A stretch of 64,000 nt of DNA from an uncultured Spirochaetota bacterium (GTDB taxonomy: Bacteria > Spirochaetota > Spirochaetia > SZUA-6 > Fen-1364): assembly GCA_963781885.1 (NCBI GenBank), contig CAWAHW010000002.1, positions 64,001 to 128,000 on the forward strand, read 5' to 3'. The position numbers and the translations under genes were made by a program. Of the stretch, positions 10,561 to 21,368 are shown piece after piece; the stretch's first letter is position 1; each line of letters begins with the position of its first letter. The notes below the pieces were generated by a model, which saw only the letters and a program-made list of their open reading frames with translations, ran no database searches and was not told where the DNA came from.

Positions 10561-11818
10561 GACAAAAATGCTCGTAAGCAGGAGGAGGCGCTTTTTTCCC
10601 GGCGTCCTGCTGTTCCTCATGCTCGTCGCACAAAGCACGGCGGCTGCCGCGCCCCTCCTGTTCCTCTCCACGCAGCTCGCACCCGTTGCCGAAGCCACCA
10701 TGATGCGCCAGCTCATTCTCAAGGACTTTCCGCTCTCCGTGGATTTCGAGCCCTACGACCGGGCGATATACAACACGCGGGTGACGAGCCTCGTCTCGCA
10801 CCCCGGCGGCGCCGCGGTCCTGGGGGGTGTGCAGGAAGAGTTTCTCGACATGGACCGGGCGGGCGCTTTGGAAAGCCTGGATGGCCTTTGGCCGACTTTG
10901 ACCGGGCGGACATTCCTCCCGGGGCTGACGGGGAGGAGATTGTCGGGCACTGATCACGTCTCCTTTGTCCCCTGGATGCAAGCGACATACCTCATGGCCG
11001 CCAATAAACGCGCCATTCCCTATCTTCCCAAGGGCGCGGACCTGAACCGGCTGAGCTACGAAGAGCTGAAGGAGTGGGCGGCCGCCATGTTTCAGGCAAC
11101 GGGAAAAGGAAAACTGGGCTTTCCCGTCGGTCCGAAAGGGCTGATGCAACGATTCGTGCAGGGATTCCTCTATCCTTCATTCACCGGAAGCATGGCGGAC
11201 GATTTCGCGGGCCAGAATGCCGTTTCCATGTGGCGGTACATGAGCGATCTCTGGCAATACGTGGCCCCTTCTTCGCTGACGGCGAACCGCATGGACGAAT
11301 CGCTGCTGAACGGCGAGGTCTGGGTCGCCTGGGATCACACGGCGAGACTCCTGGAGGCGTTCAAGGAACAACCCGATGATTTTATCGCTTTCCCCGCGCC
11401 CATCGGACCGCAGGGTCGCGGCTTTATCTCCGTCCTGGCAGGGCTTGGCATGCCGAAGGGATCGTCCTCTTCAGCAGGGGAAAAGCTCATCGAGTATCTC
11501 ACCCGGCCTTCCGTACAGCTCCAGACGATGGAGAGCGTCGGCTTCGTGCCCGTGGTGGAGATCGGCGCGGACGAACGGTTCTCGGAAGGTCTTTCCAAGC
11601 TTGTCAATGCCACCGTCGAACAGGTGAGCTCTTCGAACGCGATTCGCAGCTCGGTGCCCCTGCGAAGCGCGGACGCCGGCAGGAGCTTCGACCTCGTTTA
11701 CGCGGTTGCATTTTCACGCATCGTGCTTCGGAGTGCGGGCATCCAGGAGGTCCTGGCGAGACAGGAGAAGATGCTGCGCGCAATAGAGACGGCCGATCGG
11801 CCGGCGGGTGGCCCATGA
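10553..11818 (+). CDS. Extracellular solute-binding protein (sugar-type ABC SBP family), no permease or ATPase adjacent
   Basis: Signal peptide ([15 protein letters not shown]...AAA); [24 protein letters not shown] motifs typical of family-1 SBPs. Confidence 0.8.
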   Translation: MGETKMLVSRRRRFFPGVLLFLMLVAQSTAAAAPLLFLSTQLAPVAEATMMRQLILKDFPLSVDFEPYDRAIYNTRVTSLVSHPGGAAVLGGVQEEFLDMDRAGALESLDGLWPTLTGRTFLPGLTGRRLSGTDHVSFVPWMQATYLMAANKRAIPYLPKGADLNRLSYEELKEWAAAMFQATGKGKLGFPVGPKGLMQRFVQGFLYPSFTGSMADDFAGQNAVSMWRYMSDLWQYVAPSSLTANRMDESLLNGEVWVAWDHTARLLEAFKEQPDDFIAFPAPIGPQGRGFISVLAGLGMPKGSSSSAGEKLIEYLTRPSVQLQTMESVGFVPVVEIGADERFSEGLSKLVNATVEQVSSSNAIRSSVPLRSADAGRSFDLVYAVAFSRIVLRSAGIQEVLARQEKMLRAIETADRPAGGP

Positions 11819-14800
11819 AAAACCTCTCCGCGCGGTCCGTCGTCCTGCTCTTCGTGGTGTTCGCGTGCGTCATTGTCGGCGGCGGCGGGTACGTCTGGTC
11901 TCACTTGCGCGCCGCCGAAAAGGACCTGCGGGAGTCCAAGTTCGCGGCGGAGACGAACCTTTTTCCCCTCGTGCAGGAGACTGTCAACTTGCAGGCCGCG
12001 CTTCAAGCATTCATCCTCGATCCATCATCCGCGAACCGGGAGCAGCTCATCTTCTCTTCGGACGTCGTCTTTTTCCAGACGCATTCCGCTCAAAGCAATG
12101 TGCTTCCCTCGGCGTCGACGGATGCCCAGGTGACGGTGACGGACCTCCAGCAGGTTCTTGCGATACTTGAATCTCTCCTTGTCACGCCACAGATACAAAA
12201 GGATGTCCTCGCGGCCCTTCAGAACCGGCTGGACAACACGTTCGTGGCGCTTCAGAACGCCTATCTCGCCTCCAGCGACGCGGCAATGCGACAGTATGAG
12301 AACCAGATCTCTCAATTCAGCTCCCTGCGGTTCATTACAATGGTCGTCATGGCGCTCTTCGGGCTTTCCCTGGCCATTGCGGGGTTGCTCGTGTACACCC
12401 AGCGTCGGGCGATCATCCAGATATCCGAGGCAACATCGTCGGAAAAGAAGCAGCGGGAGCGGCTGAATCTCGCCATACAGGGCGGAGGGCTCGGCTACTG
12501 GGAAAGTGACGTGTCGACGGGACGCATGACGGTCAATCGCCGGTGGGCGGAGATATACGGATTTACAATGGCAGACATCGAGGATGCCTGGCAGACCCTG
12601 CGGGAATGCCTCCATCCCGACGACCGTGATCGCGTCCTCGAGATCAACGCGGAGCTCCAGAGGGGCGCGCGATCGGAGTTTTCCATCGAATACCGGGCGT
12701 TCATCAACGGTGGGGAGATGCGGTGGATGTCGGCCAATGGATCCATCATTGAGACGGACGATCAGGGAAATCCGAAGACCGTTGCCGGCACGGTGATGGA
12801 CATCACCAGCCGCACGCTCGCGCAGGAGGCCATCGAGAAGGCCCGGCAGGCCGCGGAAGATGCCAACAAGTCCAAGAGCGATTTCCTGGCGAACATGAGC
12901 CACGAGATCCGCACGCCGATGAACGCGGTCATCGGATTCTCCGACCTTGCCCTGAAGACCGAAATGACGCCGCGGCAGAAGGACTATGTTTCCAAGATCC
13001 ACAATGCGGGGGTGTCCCTTCTGGGGCTCATCAACGACATCCTTGACTTCTCCAAGATCGAGGCGGGCCGCCTGGAGATCGAGCGCGTCGATTTCTCCAT
13101 CGAGGAGGTGCTGGACGCGGTTGCCTCTGTCGCCAGCCAGGGTGCGTTCGCAAAGGGGCTGGAGTTCCTCCTGAACATCTCGGATGCCATCCCCTCGGTG
13201 CTCGTCGGCGATCCCCACAGGCTTGGCCAGATTCTCATCAATCTGGTCGGCAACTCGGTGAAGTTCACGGAGACGGGCGAGGTGGAGCTGCGCGTGACCC
13301 TCAACGAGAGGACGGGCGACAAGGTGAAGCTGCGCTTCTCCGTGCGCGATACCGGCATCGGCATGACCGCCGAGCAATGCGCGAAGCTTTTCCGGCCCTT
13401 CACGCAGGCCGACAGCTCGACGACACGGAAGTACGGGGGCACGGGCCTCGGCCTGAGCATCGTGCGGCGTCTCGTCGAGATGATGAGCGGCCAGATCTGG
13501 GTGGAGAGCGAGCCGGGGAAGGGCACCACCTTCGTGTTCACGGGCTGGTTCGACCTGAGCGCGAAGGAAAAGCAGGGCCTGCGCTCTTTGCCCGCGATGC
13601 TGGAAGCGATGCACGTCCTGGTGGTGGACGACAACGTCATGGCGCGCGAGGTGATGAAAAACGTCCTCCAATCCATGCGATTTCGCGTGCACGCGGTCTG
13701 CTCGGGGGAGGAGGCGGTGGAATCCGTGGCGCGCTTCGATGCCGAGGATCCGTTCGGTCTGGTCGTGATGGACAGGAAGATGCCCGGCATGGACGGCATC
13801 GACGCCACGAGGAGGATCGTGAAGGGTGACCTGGTGAAAAGCGTGCCGGCCGTGCTCGTGGTGAGCGCGTCAGGCGGGGGGGATGAGGAACGGGAAAGTG
13901 CCCGGGAGGCCGGCGCCGCGGACTTCCTGACAAAGCCGGTCACGGCGTCCTCATTTTTCGATGCGATCATGCGGGCATTCGCGCCCGATCTTCTTCCCAA
14001 GGAGGTCGTGATCCCCACGAGGACCCCGGGTGTACGTGCACTGGAAGGCGCCCGGATACTCCTGGCCGAAGACAATGAGATCAACCAGCAGATCGCCTCC
14101 GAGCTTCTCACCGCCGCGGGTGTGGACGTGATCGTCGCGAAAACGGGCTGCGAGGCCGTGGACATGCTGACGCGCGGCGCCGGCAGATATGACATGGTCC
14201 TGATGGACGTCCAGATGCCCGAGATGGATGGATACGAAGCCACCCGGCGCATCCGGGCGGACGGCCGATTCGCCGACCTGCCCATCCTTGCCATGACCGC
14301 GCACGCCTTCATGGAAGAGAGGCAAAAGGCGATGGAAGCGGGCATGGACGACCACATCAGCAAGCCCATCGATCCCCAGGCCATGTTCGAGACGCTGCGC
14401 CGCCACTATCGGAGCGCGCGCGCCCCGGCTCCACGGACACCTCCCACCGTCGCCGCCGAGCCGGTGAGCGTTCCTGAAATCCCGGGCATTGACGTGCAGG
14501 GAGGGATCGGACGGGTCGCCGGTAACCGCAAGCTCTACCGGGATCTTCTGGAAAGGTACGTCGAGGGGCAGCGCGATTCGGCCGACAGGGTCCAGGAGGC
14601 GCTTGCGAAAGGGGATGCGGCCCTCGCGCAGCGGATTGCACATACAACGAAGGGGGTGTCGGGCAACATCGGAGCGGCCGACGTGCAGGCCGTTGCCGGC
14701 GAGCTGGAACAGTCGATACGAAAGGCGGAAGACCGCACCGGGGAGATCATCGAGCGTTTTTCAACGGTCCTGGATGCAACATGCCAGCGGATACGGTCGG

Positions 14801-15078
14801 CCCTTGGCGAGACCTTGGGGCCGGTGAAAAAGATGGAGTGTCCTGATCCCGATCCCTTCCCGGTGAAGGATGCATTGAAAAAGCTCACATGGTTCGCGGA
14901 AGAGAGCGACAGCGAAGGCTTCGAATACCTGGAATCGATTCGAGGGCAGCTTGCCGCGGCGCTTGCGCCTGAGGATCTCCATGATCTGGAGGAGGCGCTA
15001 AAAGCCTACAATTTCCCGGCGGCCCTGGGAACGCTGCGGCGACTCTCGGAAGGGGCACACGATGGAAATGCGCGCTGA
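11815..15078 (+). CDS. Membrane hybrid histidine kinase (2 TM, extracytoplasmic helical domain, PAS, HisKA, HATPase, two REC, HPt)
   Basis: Two TM segments flanking ~150 aa; PAS (LHPDDR); [12 protein letters not shown]; YGGTGLGL; [12 protein letters not shown]. Confidence 0.93.
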   Translation: MKNLSARSVVLLFVVFACVIVGGGGYVWSHLRAAEKDLRESKFAAETNLFPLVQETVNLQAALQAFILDPSSANREQLIFSSDVVFFQTHSAQSNVLPSASTDAQVTVTDLQQVLAILESLLVTPQIQKDVLAALQNRLDNTFVALQNAYLASSDAAMRQYENQISQFSSLRFITMVVMALFGLSLAIAGLLVYTQRRAIIQISEATSSEKKQRERLNLAIQGGGLGYWESDVSTGRMTVNRRWAEIYGFTMADIEDAWQTLRECLHPDDRDRVLEINAELQRGARSEFSIEYRAFINGGEMRWMSANGSIIETDDQGNPKTVAGTVMDITSRTLAQEAIEKARQAAEDANKSKSDFLANMSHEIRTPMNAVIGFSDLALKTEMTPRQKDYVSKIHNAGVSLLGLINDILDFSKIEAGRLEIERVDFSIEEVLDAVASVASQGAFAKGLEFLLNISDAIPSVLVGDPHRLGQILINLVGNSVKFTETGEVELRVTLNERTGDKVKLRFSVRDTGIGMTAEQCAKLFRPFTQADSSTTRKYGGTGLGLSIVRRLVEMMSGQIWVESEPGKGTTFVFTGWFDLSAKEKQGLRSLPAMLEAMHVLVVDDNVMAREVMKNVLQSMRFRVHAVCSGEEAVESVARFDAEDPFGLVVMDRKMPGMDGIDATRRIVKGDLVKSVPAVLVVSASGGGDEERESAREAGAADFLTKPVTASSFFDAIMRAFAPDLLPKEVVIPTRTPGVRALEGARILLAEDNEINQQIASELLTAAGVDVIVAKTGCEAVDMLTRGAGRYDMVLMDVQMPEMDGYEATRRIRADGRFADLPILAMTAHAFMEERQKAMEAGMDDHISKPIDPQAMFETLRRHYRSARAPAPRTPPTVAAEPVSVPEIPGIDVQGGIGRVAGNRKLYRDLLERYVEGQRDSADRVQEALAKGDAALAQRIAHTTKGVSGNIGAADVQAVAGELEQSIRKAEDRTGEIIERFSTVLDATCQRIRSALGETLGPVKKMECPDPDPFPVKDALKKLTWFAEESDSEGFEYLESIRGQLAAALAPEDLHDLEEALKAYNFPAALGTLRRLSEGAHDGNAR

Positions 15079-16183
15079 CAATCAGAAAAGAGCGACCGTG
15101 CTGATCGTGGACGATGCGCCCGACAACATCGCCCTCCTGAGCTCTCTCCTGCGGGGAATCTACCGGACGAAGATCGCGATCGACGGCGCGAAGGCCCTCC
15201 AAATCGTTTTTTCCGGCGATCCGGTCGACCTGATCCTTCTCGACGTCATGATGCCGGGGATGGACGGATACGAGGTGTGCCGTCGTCTGAAGGCAGACCC
15301 CCGGTCCGCGGACATTCCGGTGATCTTCCTCACGGCCCTGACTCGCATCGAGGACGAGCAGAAAGGGTTCGAGCTCGGCGCGGTCGACTTCATCGCGAAG
15401 CCGGTGAGCCCGCCGATCGTCACGTCGAGGGTCAAGACACATCTCCAGCTGAAGAGCGCCCGTGACTACCTGGTGGACAAGAGCGACTACCTCGAGAAGG
15501 AGGTCGCCCGCAGGACGCACGAGATCAGCATCATCCAGGACGTCACGATGGTCGCGCTGGGGTCGCTCGCGGAGACGCGGGACAACGAGACGGGAAACCA
15601 CATCAGGCGTACGCAGCGCTACGTGAAGGTGCTTGCCGAGAAGCTGAAAGATCACCCCCGGTTCTCCGACTTTCTGACGCCTGAGACGATCCAGCTTCTC
15701 CACAAATCGGCGCCGCTTCACGACATCGGAAAGGTGGGCATCCCCGACAATATCCTGTTGAAGCCGGGAAAGCTCACCCCCGACGAGTACGCGATCATGC
15801 AGACCCACGCGGAGATCGGCCGCAACGCGATCATGGCGGCGGAAGCGGGCCTGGATACACCCACCTCGTTCCTGCGCCTTGCCCGGGAGACCGCCTGGTC
15901 GCATCACGAGAAGTGGGACGGCACGGGATACCCGCAGGGCCTCTCCGGGGACGACACGATGATCTCCGGGCGGATCATGGCCGTCGCGGACGTCTATGAC
16001 GCGCTGATCAGCAAGCGCGTCTACAAACCGGCGTTCTCCCACGAGCATGCGTCATCGATCATCAAGGAGGGAAGCGGGACCCAATTCGACCCCGACATCG
16101 TGGATGCGTTCATGGAGGAATCCGCCCAATTCAGGGAGATCGCCTTGAAATATGTCGATTCGGAAGGAGCAGGTGTTTCATGA
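15062..16183 (+). CDS. Receiver-HD-GYP c-di-GMP phosphodiesterase (RpfG-like)
   Basis: REC N-terminus; [36 protein letters not shown] motifs. Confidence 0.93.
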   Translation: MEMRADNQKRATVLIVDDAPDNIALLSSLLRGIYRTKIAIDGAKALQIVFSGDPVDLILLDVMMPGMDGYEVCRRLKADPRSADIPVIFLTALTRIEDEQKGFELGAVDFIAKPVSPPIVTSRVKTHLQLKSARDYLVDKSDYLEKEVARRTHEISIIQDVTMVALGSLAETRDNETGNHIRRTQRYVKVLAEKLKDHPRFSDFLTPETIQLLHKSAPLHDIGKVGIPDNILLKPGKLTPDEYAIMQTHAEIGRNAIMAAEAGLDTPTSFLRLARETAWSHHEKWDGTGYPQGLSGDDTMISGRIMAVADVYDALISKRVYKPAFSHEHASSIIKEGSGTQFDPDIVDAFMEESAQFREIALKYVDSEGAGVS

Positions 16184-17283
16184 AAAATGAAAAAAAAGTC
16201 GTCCTCGTTGTCGACGATGCCCCGGAGAACATCGCCACGCTGGATGCCATCCTCAAGGAGACCTACCGTGTGAAGGCGGCGACGGACGGAGAGGTCGCCC
16301 TGGCGATCGCGTGCGGCGATCCTCCTCCCGACCTGATTCTCCTCGACGTCATGATGCCCGGCATGGATGGGTTCGAGGTATGCCGCAGGTTGAAGCAGAA
16401 CGGCGCGACCGCGAAGATTCCGGTCATCTTTGTGACGTCCAAGGACGACGTATCCGACGAATCGACGGGCTTTGCCGTCGGCGCCGTCGACTATGTCGTG
16501 AAACCCGTGAATCCGCATCTGGTGCGCGCCCGGGTGAAATCCCACCTCGCCTTGAAGGAGGCTTTGGAGGAGATGGAGGGCCAGAACGAGATCCTGCGGG
16601 AGAACGTCCGACTCCGGGAAGAGGTCGAGGCAATCAACAGGCACGATCTGAAAAACCCCCTGATGATCGTGATGAACGTTCCCCAGGTGATCCTGGCCGA
16701 GGCGCACCTGACGGAAGGCCAGCAGAAGCTTCTGCGGATGGTGGATGAGGCGGGACGCAGGATGCTCGAGATGATCAACCGCACCATCGATCTCTACAAG
16801 ATGGAGCGCGGCACGTACGCGCTCAAGCCCGCCCCTGTCGACATCCTTTCCATCGTCGGACAGATCGTGGCGGCGTTACGAGGCATGTTGGAAGAGAAAG
16901 GTCTCACGTGCGAGATCGCCGTGAATGGAAACGCCGCCCGCGCGGGGGCTTCCGTCATGGCCAGGGGCGAGGATCTCCTTGTCTATTCCCTTATCGCGAA
17001 TCTCCTCAAGAACGCGGCCGAAGCCTCTCCACAGGCGGGGCGCATCTCGATCCATGTTGAGGAAGGCCAGTACGCCAAGGTTGCGATCCACAACGCGGGG
17101 GCAATCCCGGCGAGCATCCGCGGGCGATTTTTCGAGAAGTTCGCCACGGCGGAGAAAAAAGGGGGAACAGGTCTGGGCGCCTACTCGGCAAAACTGATCG
17201 CGCGGACGCTCGGCGGATCGATCGACGTCGCAACCTCGGACGAATCGGGAACCACCGTGACGGTATTTCTGCCGCGGGCGTAA
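16180..17283 (+). CDS. Receiver-histidine kinase hybrid
   Basis: REC (VVDD...LDVMMP...VVKP); H-box RHDLKNPL; NLLKNA; GGTGLG. Confidence 0.9.
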   Translation: MKNEKKVVLVVDDAPENIATLDAILKETYRVKAATDGEVALAIACGDPPPDLILLDVMMPGMDGFEVCRRLKQNGATAKIPVIFVTSKDDVSDESTGFAVGAVDYVVKPVNPHLVRARVKSHLALKEALEEMEGQNEILRENVRLREEVEAINRHDLKNPLMIVMNVPQVILAEAHLTEGQQKLLRMVDEAGRRMLEMINRTIDLYKMERGTYALKPAPVDILSIVGQIVAALRGMLEEKGLTCEIAVNGNAARAGASVMARGEDLLVYSLIANLLKNAAEASPQAGRISIHVEEGQYAKVAIHNAGAIPASIRGRFFEKFATAEKKGGTGLGAYSAKLIARTLGGSIDVATSDESGTTVTVFLPRA

Positions 17284-17292
17284 ATGGAAACG

Positions 17293-18411
17293 CTAGACCC
17301 GGGGCAGCGTCACGGTAATCGTGGTTCCCTCTTCCTCGGAGGTCGCGAACCGCAGGTCGCCATTCATCGTGCGGATCATGAGCCGAGCGGAATAGGCGCC
17401 CAGGCCGGTTCCTCCCTCCTTGCCTGCCGTCGTGAACTTGTGGCAGAACCGGCCGCGGATCTGCAGAGGAATGGAGCCGACGTTATGAATGGCGATCGAA
17501 GCGACGTCCGCCTCTGCCAGGGTAACGGAGACCCGGCAGCCCGGAGGAGACGCTTCGAAGGAGTTCTTGACGAGGTTGGCAAGCGCGGAATAAAGGAGCA
17601 GCTCCTCTCCCATGACGGGAAACGTGTCACCCGGCGCGAAGGGTCGCCCGCGGATGCTCACGTCGACGGACAACCCCTTGCTTTCCGACATCTCGTGGAA
17701 AGCCGTCATGATCTGATCGATGGCGCGCATGGCATCGACGGCCACGGGGGTGAACGCGTAGGTGCCCATTTCCATCTTGTAGAGATCGATGGTCCGATTG
17801 ATCATTTCCAGTATCTGGCGACCCGCGGTCTCCACCATTCCCAGAAGCTTCTTGTCGCCTTCGCTGAGTTCCGCGCTCGCCAAAAGCACGGGGGGGATGT
17901 TCATGATGATCATCAACGGGTTTTTCAGGTCGTGCCTGTTGATCGCTTCGACCTCCTCCCGCAGGCGGACATTTTGCAGGAGCACCTCGTTCTGCCTTTC
18001 CAGATCCTCCCGCGCCCGCTTCAGGTCGAGGTGCGCCTTCACACGGGCTCTCACGAGGAGAGGGTTGACGGGCTTCACGATGTAATCCACCGCCCCCACG
18101 GCGAAACCCAGGGACTCGTCGGAAGCCTCGTCCTTCGAGGTGACGAAGATGACGGGAATCTTCGCCGTCGCGGAGCTCTGCTTCAGTCTCCGGCAAACCT
18201 CCACCCCGTCGATGTCCGGCATGATGATGTCGAGAAGGATCAGGTCCGGCGGCGGATCGCTTCCCGCGATCGCGAGCGCGACCGCACCGCCGGTTGCCAC
18301 GCGCACGTGGTATTCTTCGTGGAGAATCTCGTTCAAAATGCTGATGTCATCCGGAACGTCCTCGACCACGAGGACGGTCGGCTTCACAATTCGCTCACGC
18401 GCATCGGCCAT
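17293..18411 (-). CDS. Receiver-histidine kinase hybrid, paralog of 16180-17283
   Basis: Same architecture (EEVEAINRHDLKNPLM shared); ATG at 18411 preceded by GGAGG. Confidence 0.9.
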   Translation of the reverse strand: MADARERIVKPTVLVVEDVPDDISILNEILHEEYHVRVATGGAVALAIAGSDPPPDLILLDIIMPDIDGVEVCRRLKQSSATAKIPVIFVTSKDEASDESLGFAVGAVDYIVKPVNPLLVRARVKAHLDLKRAREDLERQNEVLLQNVRLREEVEAINRHDLKNPLMIIMNIPPVLLASAELSEGDKKLLGMVETAGRQILEMINRTIDLYKMEMGTYAFTPVAVDAMRAIDQIMTAFHEMSESKGLSVDVSIRGRPFAPGDTFPVMGEELLLYSALANLVKNSFEASPPGCRVSVTLAEADVASIAIHNVGSIPLQIRGRFCHKFTTAGKEGGTGLGAYSARLMIRTMNGDLRFATSEEEGTTITVTLPRV

Positions 18412-18596
18412 TCTTCCTCCCGCGCGGCGTCCACCTCGCCCGCGATCGCGATCGTCCCCGCATCGCGACCTGGCGAACATCATATGGCAGCCGACCGCCG
18501 TTGTAAACGGTTCGCGTCTCCGTTGCGTTCCAGGGTCACAACGACTATGATGTTCAGGACGGCACCGCATATCGCTTTCGCCACCGCGGGAGGCGG

Positions 18597-18990
18597 ATGC
18601 TCATGATCGAAACGTCGGGAAAGAAACGCATTCTCGTGGTCGACGACGAGCCGCAGAATATCGTCGTCATGCGGGAAATCCTCAAATCGGACTACACAAT
18701 CATCGCGGCGACGGACGGGATGAAGGCGCTTTCTCTCGTGCAATCCGCGACGCCCCCGGACCTCATCATGCTGGACATCGTGATGCCCGGGATCGATGGA
18801 TACGAGGTGCTCCGACGACTCCGCGCGAGCCCGCGCACGGCGGGTTTGCCCGTGATCTTCGTGACGGCGATGGACGCGATCGACGACAAGATGACCGGGT
18901 ACGCATTGGGGGGCGCAGAACTACGTCACCAAGCCTCTTGACGCCCCGTTCGTAAAGAGCGTCGTACGCAGGTTGTTAGGCCCTGGATGA
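18597..18990 (+). CDS. Single-domain response regulator (frameshift near the C-terminus)
   Basis: VVDDE...LDIVMPGIDG; NYVTKP continues in a shifted frame after the G run near 18910. Confidence 0.8.
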
Positions 18991-19355
18991 GCGGGAAGGA
19001 CGGACGCGTGGCAAAATCCCTTCTTGTGATCGACGACGAACTCATGATTCTGGATGCCATCAAGGTCATATTCGAGGACATGGGATACGAGGTGCATGTC
19101 ACCTCCGATCCGGTCAAGGGCACGGAAGAGGCGCTCTCCCGGGATTTCGACCTGATCGTTACCGACATCCGCATGCCATCGCGCAATGGCGCCGAGATCG
19201 CGGAGGCGGTTCTTGCGCAGAAGCCGGCCGCCCGGATTCTCGTGATCACCGCCCACGCAAACGACCCGCTTGCGCAGCGCGCCATCCTTGCGGGCGCGGT
19301 CGGCCTTTTGAAAAAGCCGTTCGAGATCGCAAAGATACTCGATTTCCTTTCGTAA
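18987..19355 (+). CDS. Single-domain response regulator
   Basis: VIDDE...TDIRMP...KKPF. Confidence 0.9.
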   Translation: MSGKDGRVAKSLLVIDDELMILDAIKVIFEDMGYEVHVTSDPVKGTEEALSRDFDLIVTDIRMPSRNGAEIAEAVLAQKPAARILVITAHANDPLAQRAILAGAVGLLKKPFEIAKILDFLS

Positions 19356-19364
19356 GGCGCGACG

Positions 19365-20962
19365 ATGGCAACGACGGAAGACCGAAGCCTTGACAGTCTC
19401 ATCAGTGCGTCGGAAGACCTCATCCGGGACCTCGGGGGAGGGGCTTCCGCGGTCGGCGCGGCGAGCGGGCTCAACGAACGCGTCGTGCGGGAGATCGAAC
19501 AGCAGCTCACGGTTCCTCTGGAAAGCTTCACGGAGCCCGCGACGGACGGCCGGGTGGAATTGTCCGTCGCCAAGGACGAAATGCTCGTCCTTGGGAGCTT
19601 CCAGCCGCCAACGGGGGACGGGAAGCCCCTGCTCCTGGAGACGGTCCAGCAGGCAATCGAAAACGCGCGGATCACCGTCGGGGTGGACTGGGCAGGAATC
19701 AAGGGCTGCCTGGAGACATGCAACGAGCAGCGGACCGATATTCGCGACATGGTCATTGCGCGCGGAAAAGCGCCGGTCGATGAGGTTCCGCCTTTCCTGG
19801 TGCTTTCCCCCCGACTGGCATCCCCGGAGAAAAAAGAAGAGCCCGCGGGCGCGCGCGTCGATTTCAAGGAGCTCTCACTTTTTACCCTGGTGGCAAAGGG
19901 GGAGGAGCTCGCGGAGCTCATGCCGAAACAGGACGGCGCGATGGGGACCACCGTGCGCGGCAGCGCCGTCGCGTTCGGCAAGCAGCGGAATCCGTATCCG
20001 CGGCCGGGAAAGAACACCGCCTGGGACAAAGGCAGAGTCATTGCCCAGTGCGCGGGCAGATTCCAGCTCAACCCGGACAGCTTCTGGGTCGACGAGGTCC
20101 TGGACATTCTGGGTGACATCGATCTGCGGGTGGGGAACGTCGATTTTCCCGGCGACGTGGTTATCCGCGGAGAAATCCGCGATGGCTTCGTGGTGAAAGC
20201 GGGCAAATCGATACTGTGCCGGGGCTGCATCGGGGCGGCGCGCGTGGAATGCGGCGGAGACCTCGTCACCGAGCAGGGGATCGTCGGAAAGGAAAAGGCC
20301 GAGATCCGGGTTGGCGGCGCGGTCGAGGCGAAATTCCTCGAAGGCTGCGCCCTGGACGCCGATGGCCCCGTCCGCGTCCGCACCAGCATCATGAACTGCA
20401 CGATCCACACCAAGGACAGGGTGGAGATGGGCGATCGCGGCATCATCATCGGCGGCATCATCAAGGCGCAGAACGGCGTCGACGCCATCCAAATCGGCAC
20501 GGAGAGAGGGCCGCGGACGGAAATCCATTGCGGGATAGACTTCCGGATCGAGCAGAAGCTCGTATGGATCCGTGACCGCAACATTGCCCTTGCCTTCAAG
20601 CTCCGGGAGATCGAATCGAAGATGAAATCGGGGGCGAAGGCGCAGCAGGTGCTCGGCCCCTTGCGGGAGAAGGTCAAGGCGGCGATCCACCAGCTGAATG
20701 AAAGCTGCCGCGCCCTTGTCCTCGAGCTCGACATGAACGATGCCGCCCTCGTGTCCGTCCGGGGGACGTCTTTCCCGGCGCCTACATCGAAATCTGCCAT
20801 GTGTCATACTTCATCACGCGTCCCCGGCGTTTTCTTTCTTTTCGCCTGGACAAGGAGAAGGGGAAGGTCGTCGAGATAAAATGGGCGAAGAGCATGGCGG
20901 CGCATCCAGTCGGGAACAACCCTCGCGCGAGCCTGCCGGCGGCAGGAGCCGGGGCCTCTTGA
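19365..20962 (+). CDS. FapA/DUF342-family protein (C-terminal frameshift near 20780)
   Basis: ARGKAP, VDFKEL, GNVDFPGDVVIRGEIRDGFVVKAG beta-helix pattern, GGIIKA, IGTERGPRTEI; YIEIC tail in a shifted frame. Confidence 0.82.
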
Positions 20963-21020
20963 AGTCGAGGAGCGCATATTGTTCAATAATGCTGTACCTT
21001 TGGTAGGGGAGGTGCTCTGC

Positions 21021-21368
21021 GTGGCCAAGTCCATCCTGGTGATCGACGATGAGACAATGATCCTGGACGCGATCAAGATCATCTTCGAGGACATGGGTCA
21101 TACCGTGCAGACGACCCCGGACCCGATCCATGGCACCGAGGTGGCCATCGCCCAGGATTTCGATCTGATCCTCACCGACATCCGCATGCCGGTGCGCAAT
21201 GGCGCCGAGATCACAGAAGCAGTGCTTGCGAAGAAGCCTCACGCGCGCATCCTCGTGATCACCGCGTATCCCAACGATCCCCTCGCGGAACGCGCCATCG
21301 GTTCGGGGGCGATCGGGCTGCTGAAGAAGCCGTTCGAGATCGCCAAGATCCTGGATTTTCTGGGCTAG
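21021..21368 (+). CDS. Single-domain response regulator, close paralog of 18987-19355
   Basis: GTG start after GGGGAGG; near-identical sequence (MILDAIK.IFEDMG, KKPFEIAKILDFL). Confidence 0.9.
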   Translation: MAKSILVIDDETMILDAIKIIFEDMGHTVQTTPDPIHGTEVAIAQDFDLILTDIRMPVRNGAEITEAVLAKKPHARILVITAYPNDPLAERAIGSGAIGLLKKPFEIAKILDFLG

